Notes: generated from the letters alone by a model not told the origin. A DNA stretch of 64,000 bases from Octopus vulgaris (GCA_951406725.2 OX597827.1:15872001-15936000); one strand, 5' to 3'. Counted from the stretch's first letter, positions 25,811 through 38,927 are shown. A program made the numbers and translations.

Positions 25811-26759
25811 ATTACTTCCAGACCAGATTTCATAAGAGGCAGGAATGCTGGGGCTGGTGCATTGCTGAAACCTTGCATGTATATATGGTAGATGGAAACT
25901 GAAAGAAGCCCATCATCATAACACGCATTCACTATTTTCCCCTCGTTCTGGTCAAACAACCCTCCATGGTTGTTTTGTTCCGGTTTCCCTGTATGACTCC
26001 ACTGTCATTGTTTTTGTTCCCAACTTGGACCCTCCATAAATCCTAAATTTTACTTTAGAATTTATGATGGGAGCAACTGTCTTTAACCCTTTCGTTACTA
26101 ACCCGGCCAAAAAATTTTTTGGTTTATAGTACCAACCTGACCGAGAGAACCTATTGTTATTTAAATGTAAATTTGAACCCAAATCTCGTTGGTACATTCA
26201 TTAAAACATGTGATTTCACTTTGTAAATAGTTGGGTTATAGTATCAGACATTGCTTGAAGTGATATCTCAACTCAGTGAATTTTGGGAGATTTTTTTCTG
26301 CATTTTTTTCGGCATTGATTTTTTTTCAACTTTGAAAATGGATAGGAGTTTCATGTTATCAAGCATTGATTCCAAATTTAAAGCTTTTTCAACGGAAAAT
26401 AGGGAGATATCGAGAAAAAGAATGAAATAGGTACAAAAGCACGTGGTGTACAAAATAATGAATAGGATATTTTTTTTATCCGAAAATGAAAGCAGCACCT
26501 TCCGAAGAAACAAAGCGGCGATGGTGACAGCAAAGACGATTTTACATCGGAATGAAGTATAAAACTTTAAAAGACTCATGTTGTCATTGAATGCTTGAAA
26601 TGAGGAGTAGATAGACAGCAAACAACTGATGAAGGATCCTTTCTCTGTTTACTTGTCCTGTTTTCCATTTTTTTCTCGTTGTTTACATATTTCATGTTAT
26701 TTGCACTGTTGGTGACGTCCTGTACCCATATATTTTCCACAAGAGCAGCCATTCTGAGG

Positions 26760-27122
26760 GAGAGGATAAGTTGATTGCATCAACCCCAAAAGGATGAAAG
26801 GCAGTTGACCGTGACAGAATTTGAACTCAGAATGCAAAGACGGACAAAATACCTATTTCTTTACTACCCACAAGGGGCTAAACACAGAGCAGACGAACAA
26901 GGACAGACAGATGGATTAAGTTGATGATATCGATCCCAGTGCGTAACTGGTACTTAATTTATCGACCCCGAAAGGATGAAAGGCAAAGTCGACCTTGGTG
27001 GAATTTGAACTCAGAACATAACGGCAGACGAAATACAGCTACGCATTTCGCCCGGCGTGCTAACGTTTCTGCCGCTAAGCATTTCACTCGATGTGCTAAT
27101 GATTCTACCAGCTTGCTGCCTT
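26760..27122 (-). mobile_element. Young SINE A inserted into an old SINE A at the internal GGTATTT site
   Basis: On the minus strand: old head ...AAATGCTTAGC, then the young element ending ...AAAGAAATA, then GGTATTTTGTCCGTC continuing the old copy. Confidence 0.75.
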
Positions 27123-27141
27123 GTTATATAATAATAATGGT

Positions 27142-27519
27142 GGAGGCGCAATGGCCCAGTGGTTTGGGCAGTGGACTCGCGGTCGTAGGATCGTGGTTTC
27201 GATTCCCAGACCGGGCGTTGTGAGTGTTTATTGAGCGAAAACACCTAAAAGCTCCACGAGGCTCCGGCAGGGATGGTGGTGATCCCTGCTGTACTCTTTC
27301 ACCACAACTTTCTCTCACTCTTACTTCCTGTTTCTGTTGTACCTGTATTTTAAAGGGCCGGCCTTGTCACTCTCTGTGTCATGCTGAATATCCCCGAGAA
27401 CTACATTAAGGGTACACGTGTTTGTGGAGTGCTCAGCCACTTACACGTTAATTTCACGAGCAGGCTGTCCTGTTGATCGGATCAACTGGAACCCTCGTCG
27501 TCGTAACCGACGGAGTGCT
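27142..27519 (+). mobile_element. tRNA-derived SINE family C
   Basis: Head GGAGGCGCAATGGCCCAGTGGTT...GGTTTCGATTCCC (A/B boxes); matches 16984-17441 and 37473-37745. Confidence 0.82.
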
Positions 27520-28077
27520 TCCATCCATAATAATAATAAAAAAGCTTTCTTAAATGTATTAAAAGAAGTACACTTTGTGAATGATATTTTAGAGACACTT
27601 GAAACAATTTTACTTCAAAACCTTATAAAGAAAAATCCTTGATTCCCAAATGTTGTGTAATAAAATTCTGACCTAAAATCATAAAATGACAATTGGAACT
27701 ACAAAAATATTCTGGCCTAGCTCTGAGTGGCACACCTGAAGAAATGGTTTGTGGATAACACAAACATTCATTAGATATATAAAACATTGCTTTAAAATCC
27801 AGTGAACTTCAGCACTTACCATAACTTTAAAAATGGATTAAGGTACCCCATACATACAGACACATAAAAAGGTCCCCCAAAATCTGAGAATTATTGCTGT
27901 AAGACATCAAATCAACAGAGAAAAGAAACCACCACAAGAATTATTACCTCACAAAATTTCCCTCTGAAGCTGATACAATAAAACTAAGGTTTATTTAACC
28001 AAATATTTGTCTTGTCATTGTTGTGCAACAGGTAAACAGAGTTAGATGTGATGAAGTAATGTTAATAATTCAACCTT

Positions 28078-28630
28078 GACTGGCCTCCGTGCCAGTGGCA
28101 CATAAAAAGCACCAACTGATCATGGCCGTTGCCAGCCTCGTCTGGCACCTGTGCCGGTGGCACGTAAAAAGCACCAACTGATCATGGTCGTTGCCAGCCT
28201 AGTCTGGCACCTGTGCCAGTGGCACATAAAAAGCACCAACTGATCATGGCCGTTGCCAGCCTCGTCTGGCACCTGTGCCGGTGGCACGTAAAAAGCACCA
28301 ACTGATCATGGTCGTTGCCAGCCTCGTCTGGCACCTGTGCCGGTGGCACATAAAAAGCACCAACTGATCATGGCCGTTGCCAGCCTCGTCTGGCACATAA
28401 AAAGCACCAACTGATCATGGCCGTTGCCAGCCTCGTCTGGCACCTATGCCGGTGGTATGTAAAAAGCACCCACTACACTCACGGAGTGCTTGGTGTTAGG
28501 AAGAGCATCCAGCTGTAGAAACACTGCCAGATCAGACTGGAGCCTGGTGCAGCCTCCTGGCTTCCCAGACCCCGGTCGAACCGTCCAACCCATGCTAGCA
28601 TGGAAAACGGACGTTAAATGATGATGATGA
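28078..28630 (+). mobile_element. Retroposon family D: 62-bp tandem units followed by a conserved 3' end with (GAT)n tail
   Basis: Units GTGCCRGTGGCACRTAAAAAGCACCAACTGATC... at 28089, 28151, 28213, 28275 and 28337. The 3' end GGAAGRGCATCCAGCTGTAGAAAC...GGACGTTAAA(C/T)GATGATG is shared with the other copies. Confidence 0.75.
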
Positions 28631-28944
28631 CAACCAATGGCAAGAAAGGATGAATTTCCCATTTAATGAAGCAAAGTATTTTAACTGTAAATAGCTTACT
28701 AAACAATGTGCCACACTATATTAGAGTACTACTCTTATATCTAGTACTGAAGAAAAAAAAGAAAAATGGTTTTAGGTGCTCATGCAGCCACAACTAAGTA
28801 CAGACATCTCAAGCCTTCCACTCTTGATCTAGAGGAAGAGAGACAGGTACCATTTCTTTTTTATCAACCCTAAAACAATAAAAGACAGGGTTGACCTCAA
28901 CAAGATTGAACTCAGAACTGAAAGCCAAAATAAATATTGTAACC

Positions 28945-29437
28945 AAAAGAATACTCTCCATCAGGCATTTGCCATATTCTGAATGCCTTACTTCCCTGGG
29001 CATGGACACATTGAAACTCCGACATCTGGCAGCTGACTTGGCAGACACCCATAAAATTATTAACCATCTTACAAACAATAACTCTGAGCACCTTTTCAAA
29101 CTCCACCTGTCTAACACCCGTGGACATATTTACAAAGTCAGAAAACAGCACAGCTCCCATGACTTTCAGAAACATTTTTTCACGCTGAGAGTTGCTGAAG
29201 CATGGAACAAACTGCCGGCATCAGTTGTTAGTTGTCGGAGCACTGCATCCTTCAAAACTTCCATGCTTTCTGAGATTCGCCAACACTACACCTGATTTCC
29301 TCCCCTCCATACACACGCAAGCATGTATCTGACTCATACATTGTTTGCTTTCCAGACATTTGTACATTACTGTACACACTTTCTGACAAGTTGTGGTGCA
29401 CCTGAGCACTGTACACAATAATTTCATTATTATTATT
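28945..29437 (+). mobile_element. CR1-clade LINE 3' end
   Basis: ORF ...LPYSECLTSLGMDTLKLRHLAADL...TRGHIYKV...WNKLPASVV; (ATT)n tail. Confidence 0.85.
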
Positions 29438-29529
29438 ATCATAATGTATTCTACCCAACACTCAATTGACTGCTAGTTAATCACCCAAAATCTAGAACAG
29501 CTACCATATAAACAGAGATAGCTTTTCAC

Positions 29530-29928
29530 GGATCTTTTCGGTTTGAACGACAGTTTTTAACATAATTTCTAGGTAACTAAAAAATTTTAAACTACGTATA
29601 CTGGTAGAATGTGTTTATAAAACATCTTTTTCTTTTGGCTTTATTGAGAAAATTTTATAGTTTGTAAGATATTTGTTTCTTTCTTCAATTTATACAATTT
29701 CAACCAATCACTGACGTCTATTGAGGTAAACATTCTGTGCCGTATGGATATGTCCCTCGTTTAAGAAACAGATTGGGTTTATTTACATTTGTAAAGAAAA
29801 AAAAGATACCCTTCCCCCCCACCCTAAAATAGATTGAAATGCAATAGATCGATACTAGGGTCATAATTATGGGTGACAATTTCATATGACACCGCTAGAA
29901 AAAACTGCCGTTCAAACCGAAAAGATCC
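29530..29928. mobile_element. MITE family H
   Basis: Same TIRs and body as 22379-22792. Confidence 0.82.
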
Positions 29929-30133
29929 CTTTTTATTCATCTCAGTAGTTTCTGATCCTCAGCATTTGCTACTTACTTTCATTGAAATTCTCCTTGCCAT
30001 ATTCTCCAGATCCTACTTTCTTAATATTAAACAAGTGCCATTTAAGAAGAGAGGAAACCCTTAAAAAAGCAACAAGCACAGCTTTCTTTCCCCAGAATCA
30101 AAAATAAATAAATGCCTCCTCATAATGTTTTTG

Positions 30134-30546
30134 GGATCTTTTCGGTTTGAACGGCAGTTTTTTCTAGCGGTGTCATATGAAATTGTCACCCATAATTATG
30201 ACCCTAGTATCGATCTATTGCATTTCTATCTGTTTTAGGGTTAGGGGTGGGGGGAAGGGTATCGTTTTTTTCTTCACAAATGTAAATAAACCAAATCTGT
30301 TTCTTAAACGAGGGACATATTCATACGGCACAGAATGTTTTTTTACCTCAATAGACATAATTGATTGGTTGAAATTGCAGAAATTGAAGGAAAAAAGCAA
30401 CAAATATCTTACAAACTATAGAATTTTCTCAATAAAGCCAAAAGAAAAAGATGCTTTATAAACACATTTTACCAGTATACGTAGTTTAAAATTTTTTAGT
30501 TACCTAGAAATTATGTTAAAAACTGCCGTTCAAACCGAAAAGATCC
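30134..30546. mobile_element. MITE family H, opposite orientation to 29530-29928
   Basis: Same TIRs; 8-bp TSD TGTTTTTG. Confidence 0.85.
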
Positions 30547-31059
30547 TGTTTTTGTCACCTGAGCAGTGACAAAAGAAAAGAAAAAAGCAAAATGCAACAA
30601 AATAAAAACAACAACAAAAATACTGAGACAACGTGAAATATTTTTGTAGACATTTTACAGAAGTTCTTGAACAAGTTCATTGTCCTTTTTTTTTGGTTTT
30701 GTTTTCAAACATCATTCTTGCTTTTGTATTTTTTTTTTTTATCACTTTCCTGAAGTTGCATAAGATTTATAATACATTTTTTTTCTTTTTATAGAACATG
30801 GTTCTTTTTTATTTTTATTTCATATATATATATTTTTCTTGGAATTGGTTGGAAACTGGAGAAATAGTAACAATAATAGTAGTAGAAATAGTGGTAGTAT
30901 TAGTACTAGAAATAATTGGTGGTAGTAATAGTAGTAATAATAGTCAACATGACAAGATTTTTTAAAACTCAGAATGTAGATATTGAACACCGTCAAGCAT
31001 TTTAGAGTGACATTCTGTCTTGGACATTAAACTGTCCTAATAATAAATGACGGTGATGA

Positions 31060-34000
31060 TGATATCTTTTTAGGCAGAAGGCCACAAGTTTTGGGGTGGA
31101 AGGAATAGTTGATTAAACTGACCCAATACTTCACTGTATATTTCATTGATCTCGGAAGGTCGAAGGGCTATGTTGACCCCTGATAATGCTTCAATTCAGA
31201 ATGTAGATAGAGGAAGGAACATGACTAATAAATACGACAAATCATTTTGTCCAATGCTCTACCGATTCTGACCCTTCACTGGCCTTCCTCTGGTTTCTAT
31301 CGCAGGCACAAGACCTCGAGTTTGGCAGGATGAGCTCAGAGCATGAGTTGCAGCAAAATACCTATTTCTTTATTACCCACAAGGGGCTAAACATAGAGGG
31401 GACAAACAAGGACAGACATAGGTATTAAGTCGATTACATCGACCCCAGTGCGTAACTGGTGCTTAATTTATCGACCCCAAAAGGATGAAAGGCAAAGTCG
31501 ACCTCGGCGGAATTTGAACTCACAACGTAACGGCAGACGAAATACCGCAAAGCATTACGCCCGGCGTGCTAACGCTTCTCCCAGCTCGCCGCCTTTCTCC
31601 CATACCACATGGCACTTTGTCTGCCGCAAACAGTTCTGCTTACCCACCGCCCTTTCTTGTATCAACCCACACAACTTGACTGGGTCTTTGTTTAATCGAC
31701 CCAGGAAGGGTGAGAGGCAGAGTTGACACTGGTAGGATATGAACACAAGAACCAGAACAAACAGTACAAGGCATTTTGTCCAATATCCTAAAGATTCTGC
31801 CAACTCACCACCCTTCCAAATAATAATAATGATATTAATACTGGTTTCTAATTTATACACAAGGCCAGCAATACTGAGAGGAGGAGGGAAGTCAACTACA
31901 TTGACCCCCAGTGCTCAACTGGTACTTATTTTATCGACCCCAAAAGGATGAAAGCAAAGTTGACTTCAGTGGCATCCGGATACAGAACAAGAAATGCTTA
32001 ACAGCATTTTGTCCAGCGTGGTAACAATTCTGCTACCTAGCTGCCTTACTAGTTTCTAATTTAGGTGCAAAGCCAGCAATAGGAAGGAGGTTAGTCAATA
32101 CCATCAACCTCAGTACTCAACTGGTATTTTACTCTAGTATTAGTACTAGAAATAATTGGTGGTAGTAATAGTAGTAATAATAGTCAACATGACAAGATTT
32201 TTTTAAAACTCAGAATGTAGATATTAAACACCGTCAAGCATTTAGAGTGACATTCTGTCTTGGACATTAAACTGTCCTAATAATAAATGACGGTGATGAT
32301 GATATCTTTTTAGGCAGAATGGATGAAAGGTAAAGTTGACCTCGGTGAAATTTGAATTCAGAATGCAAAGAACCAGAACATATATTACAAAGCATATTTT
32401 TTCTGATGCTCTACCAATTCTGCCAATCCACATCCCTTCCTGATAATCCTTTCCACTGAAGGCACAAGGCCTGAAATTTGGGGGGAGGGGACTAGTCAGT
32501 TACATAAACCCCCCAGTGTTTCACTGGTACTTACTTTATCGACCCCCGAAAGGATGAAAGGTAAAGTTGACCTTGGCAGAATTTAAACTCATAATAGTAA
32601 TAATAATAATGATGACAATGATGATGATGATAATGATTTCTAACATAGGCACAAGGCAAGAAATTCCAAGGGGAAAAGAGGTATAATTGATTTAGCTGAC
32701 CCCTGTACTTGACCAGTACGCTATCACTACCAACCCCTCCAAGAGAATGAAAGACTAAGTCAGCCCCTGGGAATTTGAGCTTAGAACATAAACAGACACA
32801 ACAAAATACATCCAGGTAGTTAATCTGTCGCTCCACTGATTCTACTGTTTCCACTACCTTCAATAATAACAATCCTTTCTACTATGGGGAGAAGGCCTGG
32901 AATTTGGTGGAAGGGAACTAGTCGATTACATCAACCCCAGTGTTTCACTGGTACGTAATTTACTGAATTCTTTCTACTGTCGGTACAAGGCCTGAAATTT
33001 CTGGGGAGGTTGTAGTCAGTTACATTGACCCCCAGTCCAGTGTTCAACTGGTACTTATTTCATTGATCCTGAAAGGATGAAGAGACAAAGTTGACCCCCA
33101 GCAGAATGTAAAGACGGATGAAATGCTGCCAAGCATTTAGTCCAGCATACAAATGATTCGGCCAGTTTGCTGCTTTAACCTTCAGTAATAATAATAATAA
33201 TAATAATAATTTCTAACGTTGGAACAAAGCCTGAAATTTTAGGGGAAGGAAATATTTAACTAGATACAGTGAGGCATATTGTCCTTCACTTCACTGATTC
33301 TACTAATTCACAGTACCTATCATTCATATAATAATAATAATATTAATAACGGTCTCGCCTGACTAGGCAGAAAGGACCCGAACTGTCTGACTCCAGTACT
33401 TAACTGGAGCTTTATTTTAGCTACCCTCGAAGTATGAAAAGTAAAGTGAACATCAGTGAGAGTTGATCTCAGACATATATGATCATAACTAAACATTGGA
33501 AGGTTTTTACTCTAGCACAATTAATTCTGATAATTTACAGCCCTAATAATAATCCTTTCAACTATAGGCACAAGTCCTGAAATTTTAGGACAGTGGGGGT
33601 TAGTTGAATGCATCAACCCCAGTGCTTGACAAATACTTATTTCATGAACCCCCAAAAAGATAAAAGGTAATGTCAACCTCAGCAGAATTGGAAATACTTC
33701 CCAAATAATAATAATAATAAGCATTTCTTATTTAGGTACAAAGCCAGTAATTGTTAGGGGTAGGAGTAGTCGAGTGCATTGACTTTCGGTACTTGGTTGG
33801 TGCTTTATCAACCCCCGAATGGATGAAGGATAAAGTGGAGCCCATCAGGATTTGAACTCTGTCCAATGCTCTAACAATTCTGCTAATCTAACACCCTAAT
33901 AATAGTAATAATAATAATTGAATTTTTTAAATTAAATTTTGGCACAAGGCCAGCAATTTTAGGAGAGGAAGTAAGTTGGTTACATCGACCCCAGTATTCA

Positions 34001-35250
34001 ACTGGTACTTATTTTATTGACTCTGAAAGGTTGAAAAGCAAAGCTAACCTTCAGCAGAATTTGAATTCAGAATGTAAAAACTAGAAGAAATGCCACAACG
34101 CATTTTGTCCAACATCTAACGATTCTGCCAGCTCATCACCTTAATAAAGATAAGGATAATCCTTTCTACTATAGGAAATTTTAGCGGTGGGAGCTAGTAA
34201 ATTACACTGATCCTACTATGTGACTGGTACTTTATTTTATAGATCCCAAAAGGATGACCGACAAAACTGATCTCAAGGGAATCTGAATACAGAAGAAAAG
34301 TTGCTATGCATTTTGTCTGGCATGCCAACAATTCTCCCAGCTCACTGCCTTTTTAATAATAATAATAATAATCCTTTCTATTATGGGCACAAGGCCTGAA
34401 ATCTGAGGACATGGGGTTAGTCAATAACTCATTTTACTGACCTTGAAAGAATGTAAGGCAAAGTTGACGTCGGTGGAATTTGAACTCAGAACCTAAAGAC
34501 GGATGAAATACCACTAAGTATTTTACCTAATGTGCTAACGATTCTGCCAGCTCACCACCTTATTTACTTAATAACAATAATAATAATAATAATAATGGTT
34601 TCAAATTTTTGCCACAAGGGTAGCCATTTCTGGGGGAGGGGATGAGTTGATGACATCGACCCCAGCGTTCAACTGGTACTTATTTAATCGACCCTGAAAG
34701 GATGAAAGGCAAAGTTGACCTCGGCGGAATTTGAACTCAGAATGCAAAGACAGATGAAATACTGCCACGCATTTCGTCCGGTGCACTAAAGATTCTACCA
34801 GATCACTGTCTTAAATAACGATAATGACAATTTCAAATTTTGGCACAAGGCCAGCAACATCAGGGACGGGGATAAGTCAATTACATCAGCCCTTGTACTC
34901 AACTGGTACTCATTTTATCAACCTGAAAAGGACGAAAGGCAAAGCTGACTTTGGCAGAATCCAAACTCAGAATGTAAAGATGGACAAAATGCTGCTAAAT
35001 ATTTTACCTGGTGTGTTAATGATTCTGCCAGCTCACCACCTTATATAGTTAATAATAATAATCCTTTCTACAATAGGCACAAGGCTTGAAATTTTTGGGA
35101 GAGGGGACTAGTTGATTACATCGACCCCAGTATTACACTGGTACTTGATTTATTGACCTCAGCAGAACTTGAACTCAGAATGTAGCGATGGATAAAACAC
35201 CGCTAGGCATTTCATCCAGCATGATAACGATTGCACCAGTTCACTGCCTT

Positions 35251-35288
<38 letters not shown>

Positions 35289-35520
35289 TCTACTATAGGC
35301 GCAAAGCCTGAAATTTTGGGGGAGGGGGACTAATCAATTACACCGACTCCAGTATTACACTGGTACTTAATTTATCGACCATGAAAAGATGAAAGGCAAA
35401 GTTGACCTCAGAATGTAGTGATGGACGAAATATCACCAAGTATTTCATCCAGTGTGCTAATGATTCTGCCAGCTTGCTGCCTTAGTTAATAACAACAATA
35501 ATAATAATTTTTAACTTAGG
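31060..35520 (-). mobile_element. Dense head-to-tail cluster of mostly old SINE A-related copies with (ATT)n tails
   Basis: More than a dozen degenerate cores (GGATGAAAGGCAAAGTTGACCTC on +), all in one orientation and separated by AAT repeats; one young copy at about 31364-31594. Confidence 0.8.
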
Positions 35521-36096
35521 GACAAATCCAATTGATCCTTAACCCTTTAGTATTTAAACCGGCCATATCCGGCCAAAATAACTAATCTGTTTTATGTTCA
35601 AACTGACCAGATCCAGGCTCTCACACCTACCCTACAATGTTATTCTACATTAAGTAATTACACCATCAAGATCTTGAAGATATGAGATAATGCATGATTA
35701 ATCCAAATCAATGTGAATGAATAAGCATTATGTTTGATAGAATAATCTGAACACTAAGGGGTTAATCTTTTGACTGGTACTTATTTTGTTGATCCCAAGG
35801 GGGAGAAAAGAATGCAAAGTATTTCCTGGTAATAGGGATTTGAACGAAAATAAAATTTATCATTGTAATATATATTAATAAATGAATAAGAGAGAACATT
35901 AAAAAAAAAAAAAAATTAATTAATAGAAAGCAATTCAAAGCAAAGTGAACTAAAAAAAAAAATATCCTGTGAGAAAGGGAAGTGGAAGCGTTCGTATTGT
36001 GAATCCAGCTGGCTGTAATATCACATGAAGTGCAGCTGTGTGTTGTGTGTGTGGATGGGGGGTGGGCAGTGGAGGAAGAGAAATGGAGTGCTGCAC

Positions 36097-36644
36097 TCAG
36101 TTCCTGCCACGCCCTCTCCGTCCACCTCCACGGCCACCTCGTCCGCCTCCACCACCACGCTGCTGTTGGTAACCCCTTCCTCCACCTCCGCCTCCTCCTC
36201 CATAACCTTGGTTATCGTACTGCCCACCGCCTCCTTTGTAGCCTCCACCTCCACCTCCTCCTCCTCCACCACCACCACCACCGCCGTAACCCCCGTAGCC
36301 TTGATCATAGCCTCCGCCGCCACTGTTCTGTCCGTACATGCTGTAATTGTCTCGGCCACCACCGCTGGCACCACCACCACCACCACCACCGCCACGGTAA
36401 TTGTCTCGTCCGCCTCCTCCGCCTCTGTGATAATTGTCACGTCCACCACCACCACCACCACCGTAGTTGTAAGATCCGCCACCGCCACCACCACCACCAC
36501 CACCACCACCACCACCAGAATGGTAGTTTGATTGGTTGTTATAGTGTGGTTGCTGATGGTGATGATGTTGCTGTTGTTGATGTTGTTGATGATGATGTGG
36601 GTTCTGCTGGTAAGAATTGTAACCACCACCTTGTTGGTAACCTC
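36097..36644 (-). CDS. FAM98A: FAM98A/B last coding exon: Gly/Tyr/Gln/His-rich low-complexity and RGG tail
   Basis: Acceptor tttacctgtAG| at 36646-36645; phase 1 matches the upstream donor. Reads GGYQQGGGYNSYQQNPHHHQQ...GGGRDNY(x3)...YDQGYGGY...RGGRGGGRRGRGRN* with the stop at 36097. Total CDS is 1144+548=1692 nt, in frame. Confidence 0.88.
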
Positions 36645-37472
36645 CTACAGGTAAAGAAGAAAAAAAATTAAATTAAAATATGGTTCTGTGATTTTGTTAA
36701 AGACAAAAGATCAATGCTCCACATAAAATAAAGGGGCCAGTGCAATTACCACGGGGCCACACATACACAATATTGCTCCTGTACAGGATTGTGCCTTTAC
36801 TGTCTTTCCGTCTTAGCTCCATAATTTCTGCTTCTCCAATCTGCTATACAGTCAACTCTGCCTCTTACCTTTCCAGGTGATATGGGTTCCAATACAGTAC
36901 AGAGGACTGGCGTGACTGTAAGAACATCAGACCACATGCTTGACCATGTTTGTTCTGGTTCTTTGCATTCTGAGTTCAAATCTCAGCGTAGCCTACCAGG
37001 GTGCTGCACAGTTTAATACCTATTTCTTTACTACCCACAAGGGGCTAAACACAGGGAGGACAAACAAGGACAAACGGATTAAGGCAATTAGATCGAGCCC
37101 AGGGACAAGCAGGGGTAGAGATGTCCTACAAGAGAGAAGATATGTTGCTATCCTGTATTTATATAAGGGTGTGTGGGAGTATCTTGGAAAAAGGTATGGT
37201 GGTAATGTTGGGTTGCCACAGCAAGAATTTCATAGACGGCATGTGAGGATGCTTACTCCATTGCTTCTAATGGTTTAGACAGGAAGGGACATTGCCCATT
37301 GCTTTTGAAGGAGCTCAAGTCTGGTGAGATTACAGGTACTTATTTAGGACTAATTAGGCAGGATGAAAGGAGCTCAAAGATGTGTTTTTTTTCAATAAAA
37401 GCATATAGGTTATTTTATGGCAAAAAAATACTACTGTTTCATATCTTCATTGAATAGGGGTTTTGGATTTGG

Positions 37473-37745
37473 AAGCACTCCGTCGGTAACGACGATGAGG
37501 GTTCCGGTTGATCCGAATCAATGGAAAAGCCTACTCGTGAAATTAATGTGTAAGTGGCTGAGCACTCCACAGACACGTGCGCCCTTAACGTAGTTCTCGG
37601 GGATATTCAGTGTGATACAGAGAGTGACAAGGCCGGCCCCTTGAAATACAGGTACAATAGAAACAGGAAGTAAGAGTGAGAGAAAGTTGTGGTGAAAGAG
37701 TACAGCAGGGATCACCACCATCCCTGCCGGAGCTTCGTGGAGCTT
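37473..37745 (-). mobile_element. SINE family C, 5'-truncated
   Basis: Reverse match to the 3' two-thirds of 27142-27519. Confidence 0.78.
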
Positions 37746-37854
37746 TTATAGGGGTTTACACACACACAAATATATACCCTTTGCTCTTCCACAATATGTC
37801 AATGGTTTTCCTTTGACATCTCAATAAATATCAAATGGAAATTGTAGTTACGAT

Positions 37855-38272
37855 ACCTGTGCCGGCGGCACGTAAAAAGCACCATCTGAACGTGGCCGAT
37901 GCCAGCGCTGCCTTGACTGACTTCTGTGCCAGTGGCACTTGACCTGCTGTGCTTGAGGAGACTTATTGAGTCAAGTACATCAACATCAAAATGAATATCA
38001 AATGGAAATAGTAGTTGTGATACCTGTGCCGGTGGCACGTAAAAAGTACCAACTGATTGTGGTCGCTGCCAGCCTCCCCTAGCACCTGTGCTGGTGGCAC
38101 GTAAAAACCACCCACTACACTCATGGAGTGGTTGGTGTTAGGAAGGGCATCCAGCTGTAGAAACACTGCTAGATCAGACTGGAGCCTGGTGCAGCCTCCT
38201 GGCTTCCCAGACCCCGGTCGAACCGTCCAACCTGTGCTAGCGCGGGAAACGGACGTTAAACGATGATGATGA
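37855..38272 (+). mobile_element. Retroposon family D
   Basis: GGCACGTAAAAAG units plus the conserved 3' end. Confidence 0.72.
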
Positions 38273-38927
38273 TCTCCAAATGTTATATTTCTAGCTTAAA
38301 GTGATGTAGCCTAGAACTTATCTAAGTTTCAAAGCCATACAGGAGAGTGGGTACAACAAGTACACCAAAAATTTAGTTATCTTAGTCATGGTCTTTGTAT
38401 ACCCATATTCTCAGATGACCAAATATTGGGTCTCTTTATCAACATCTGAGTTCTATGATAGGTGACTAACCAGATACGCTCTATATTTTCAACCAACTGT
38501 TCTTGTACTTGGATGGATGGACCAGGTTCCTGCTTGCTCTTACAAGACTTTTGTTTTAATTACATTGATGGTAAGCCATAAGTCCTCACTCATATGTGTC
38601 AGCAAAACTATCACACGTCAGTACCAGTAAAACTAACTGGCATTATCTTTGTACTGAAGATTAGTTACTGATGTAATAATGGTTTTTGTTCTGGCACTGA
38701 GTCTTCCACATAGCTTCACAATTTATGAAACCAAATGCCTAAGCAATGTTAAAGAAAGCCATATACTGTGGGTGGTATATTGTTGCTCACAACATTTTCT
38801 CTATAACAGGCAACCATAGAATATATCAATAGTGCACTTGGAAAGTAATTAAAAAAAAAAACAAAAATAATTGAGCCTTAGAAAGTGTAGAGTTGGTTGA
38901 GCAGCATTTCCGCCAAAATTTTTCTAA

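Larger units (their letters stand above)
23893..25870 (+). mobile_element. mariner transposon relic interrupted by the SINE A pentamer
   Basis: TIR-like TATGAGGTGGTATCAAAAAGTTCC. Fragments EQRANVKLCVKLGKS, QCFEWH, GETVNSEFYC and HLPYSPD.A.AD (YSPDLAP-like). Confidence 0.75.

Noticed and set aside
26626-26645. CTGATGAAGGATCCT as a hammerhead core
   Set aside because: No GAAA, stem III or stem I follows.
27142-27220. tRNA genes suggested by A/B boxes
   Set aside because: The heads continue into multi-copy SINE bodies and lack a full cloverleaf with acceptor stem.
28089-28460. Regularly spaced repeats resembling a CRISPR array
   Set aside because: The units are fully repeated with no unique spacers, there are no cas genes, and the context is eukaryotic.
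36021-36671. Poly-V, poly-T and poly-H ORFs of 168-213 aa
   Set aside because: They are alternate-frame or antisense shadows of the Gly-rich FAM98 last exon.
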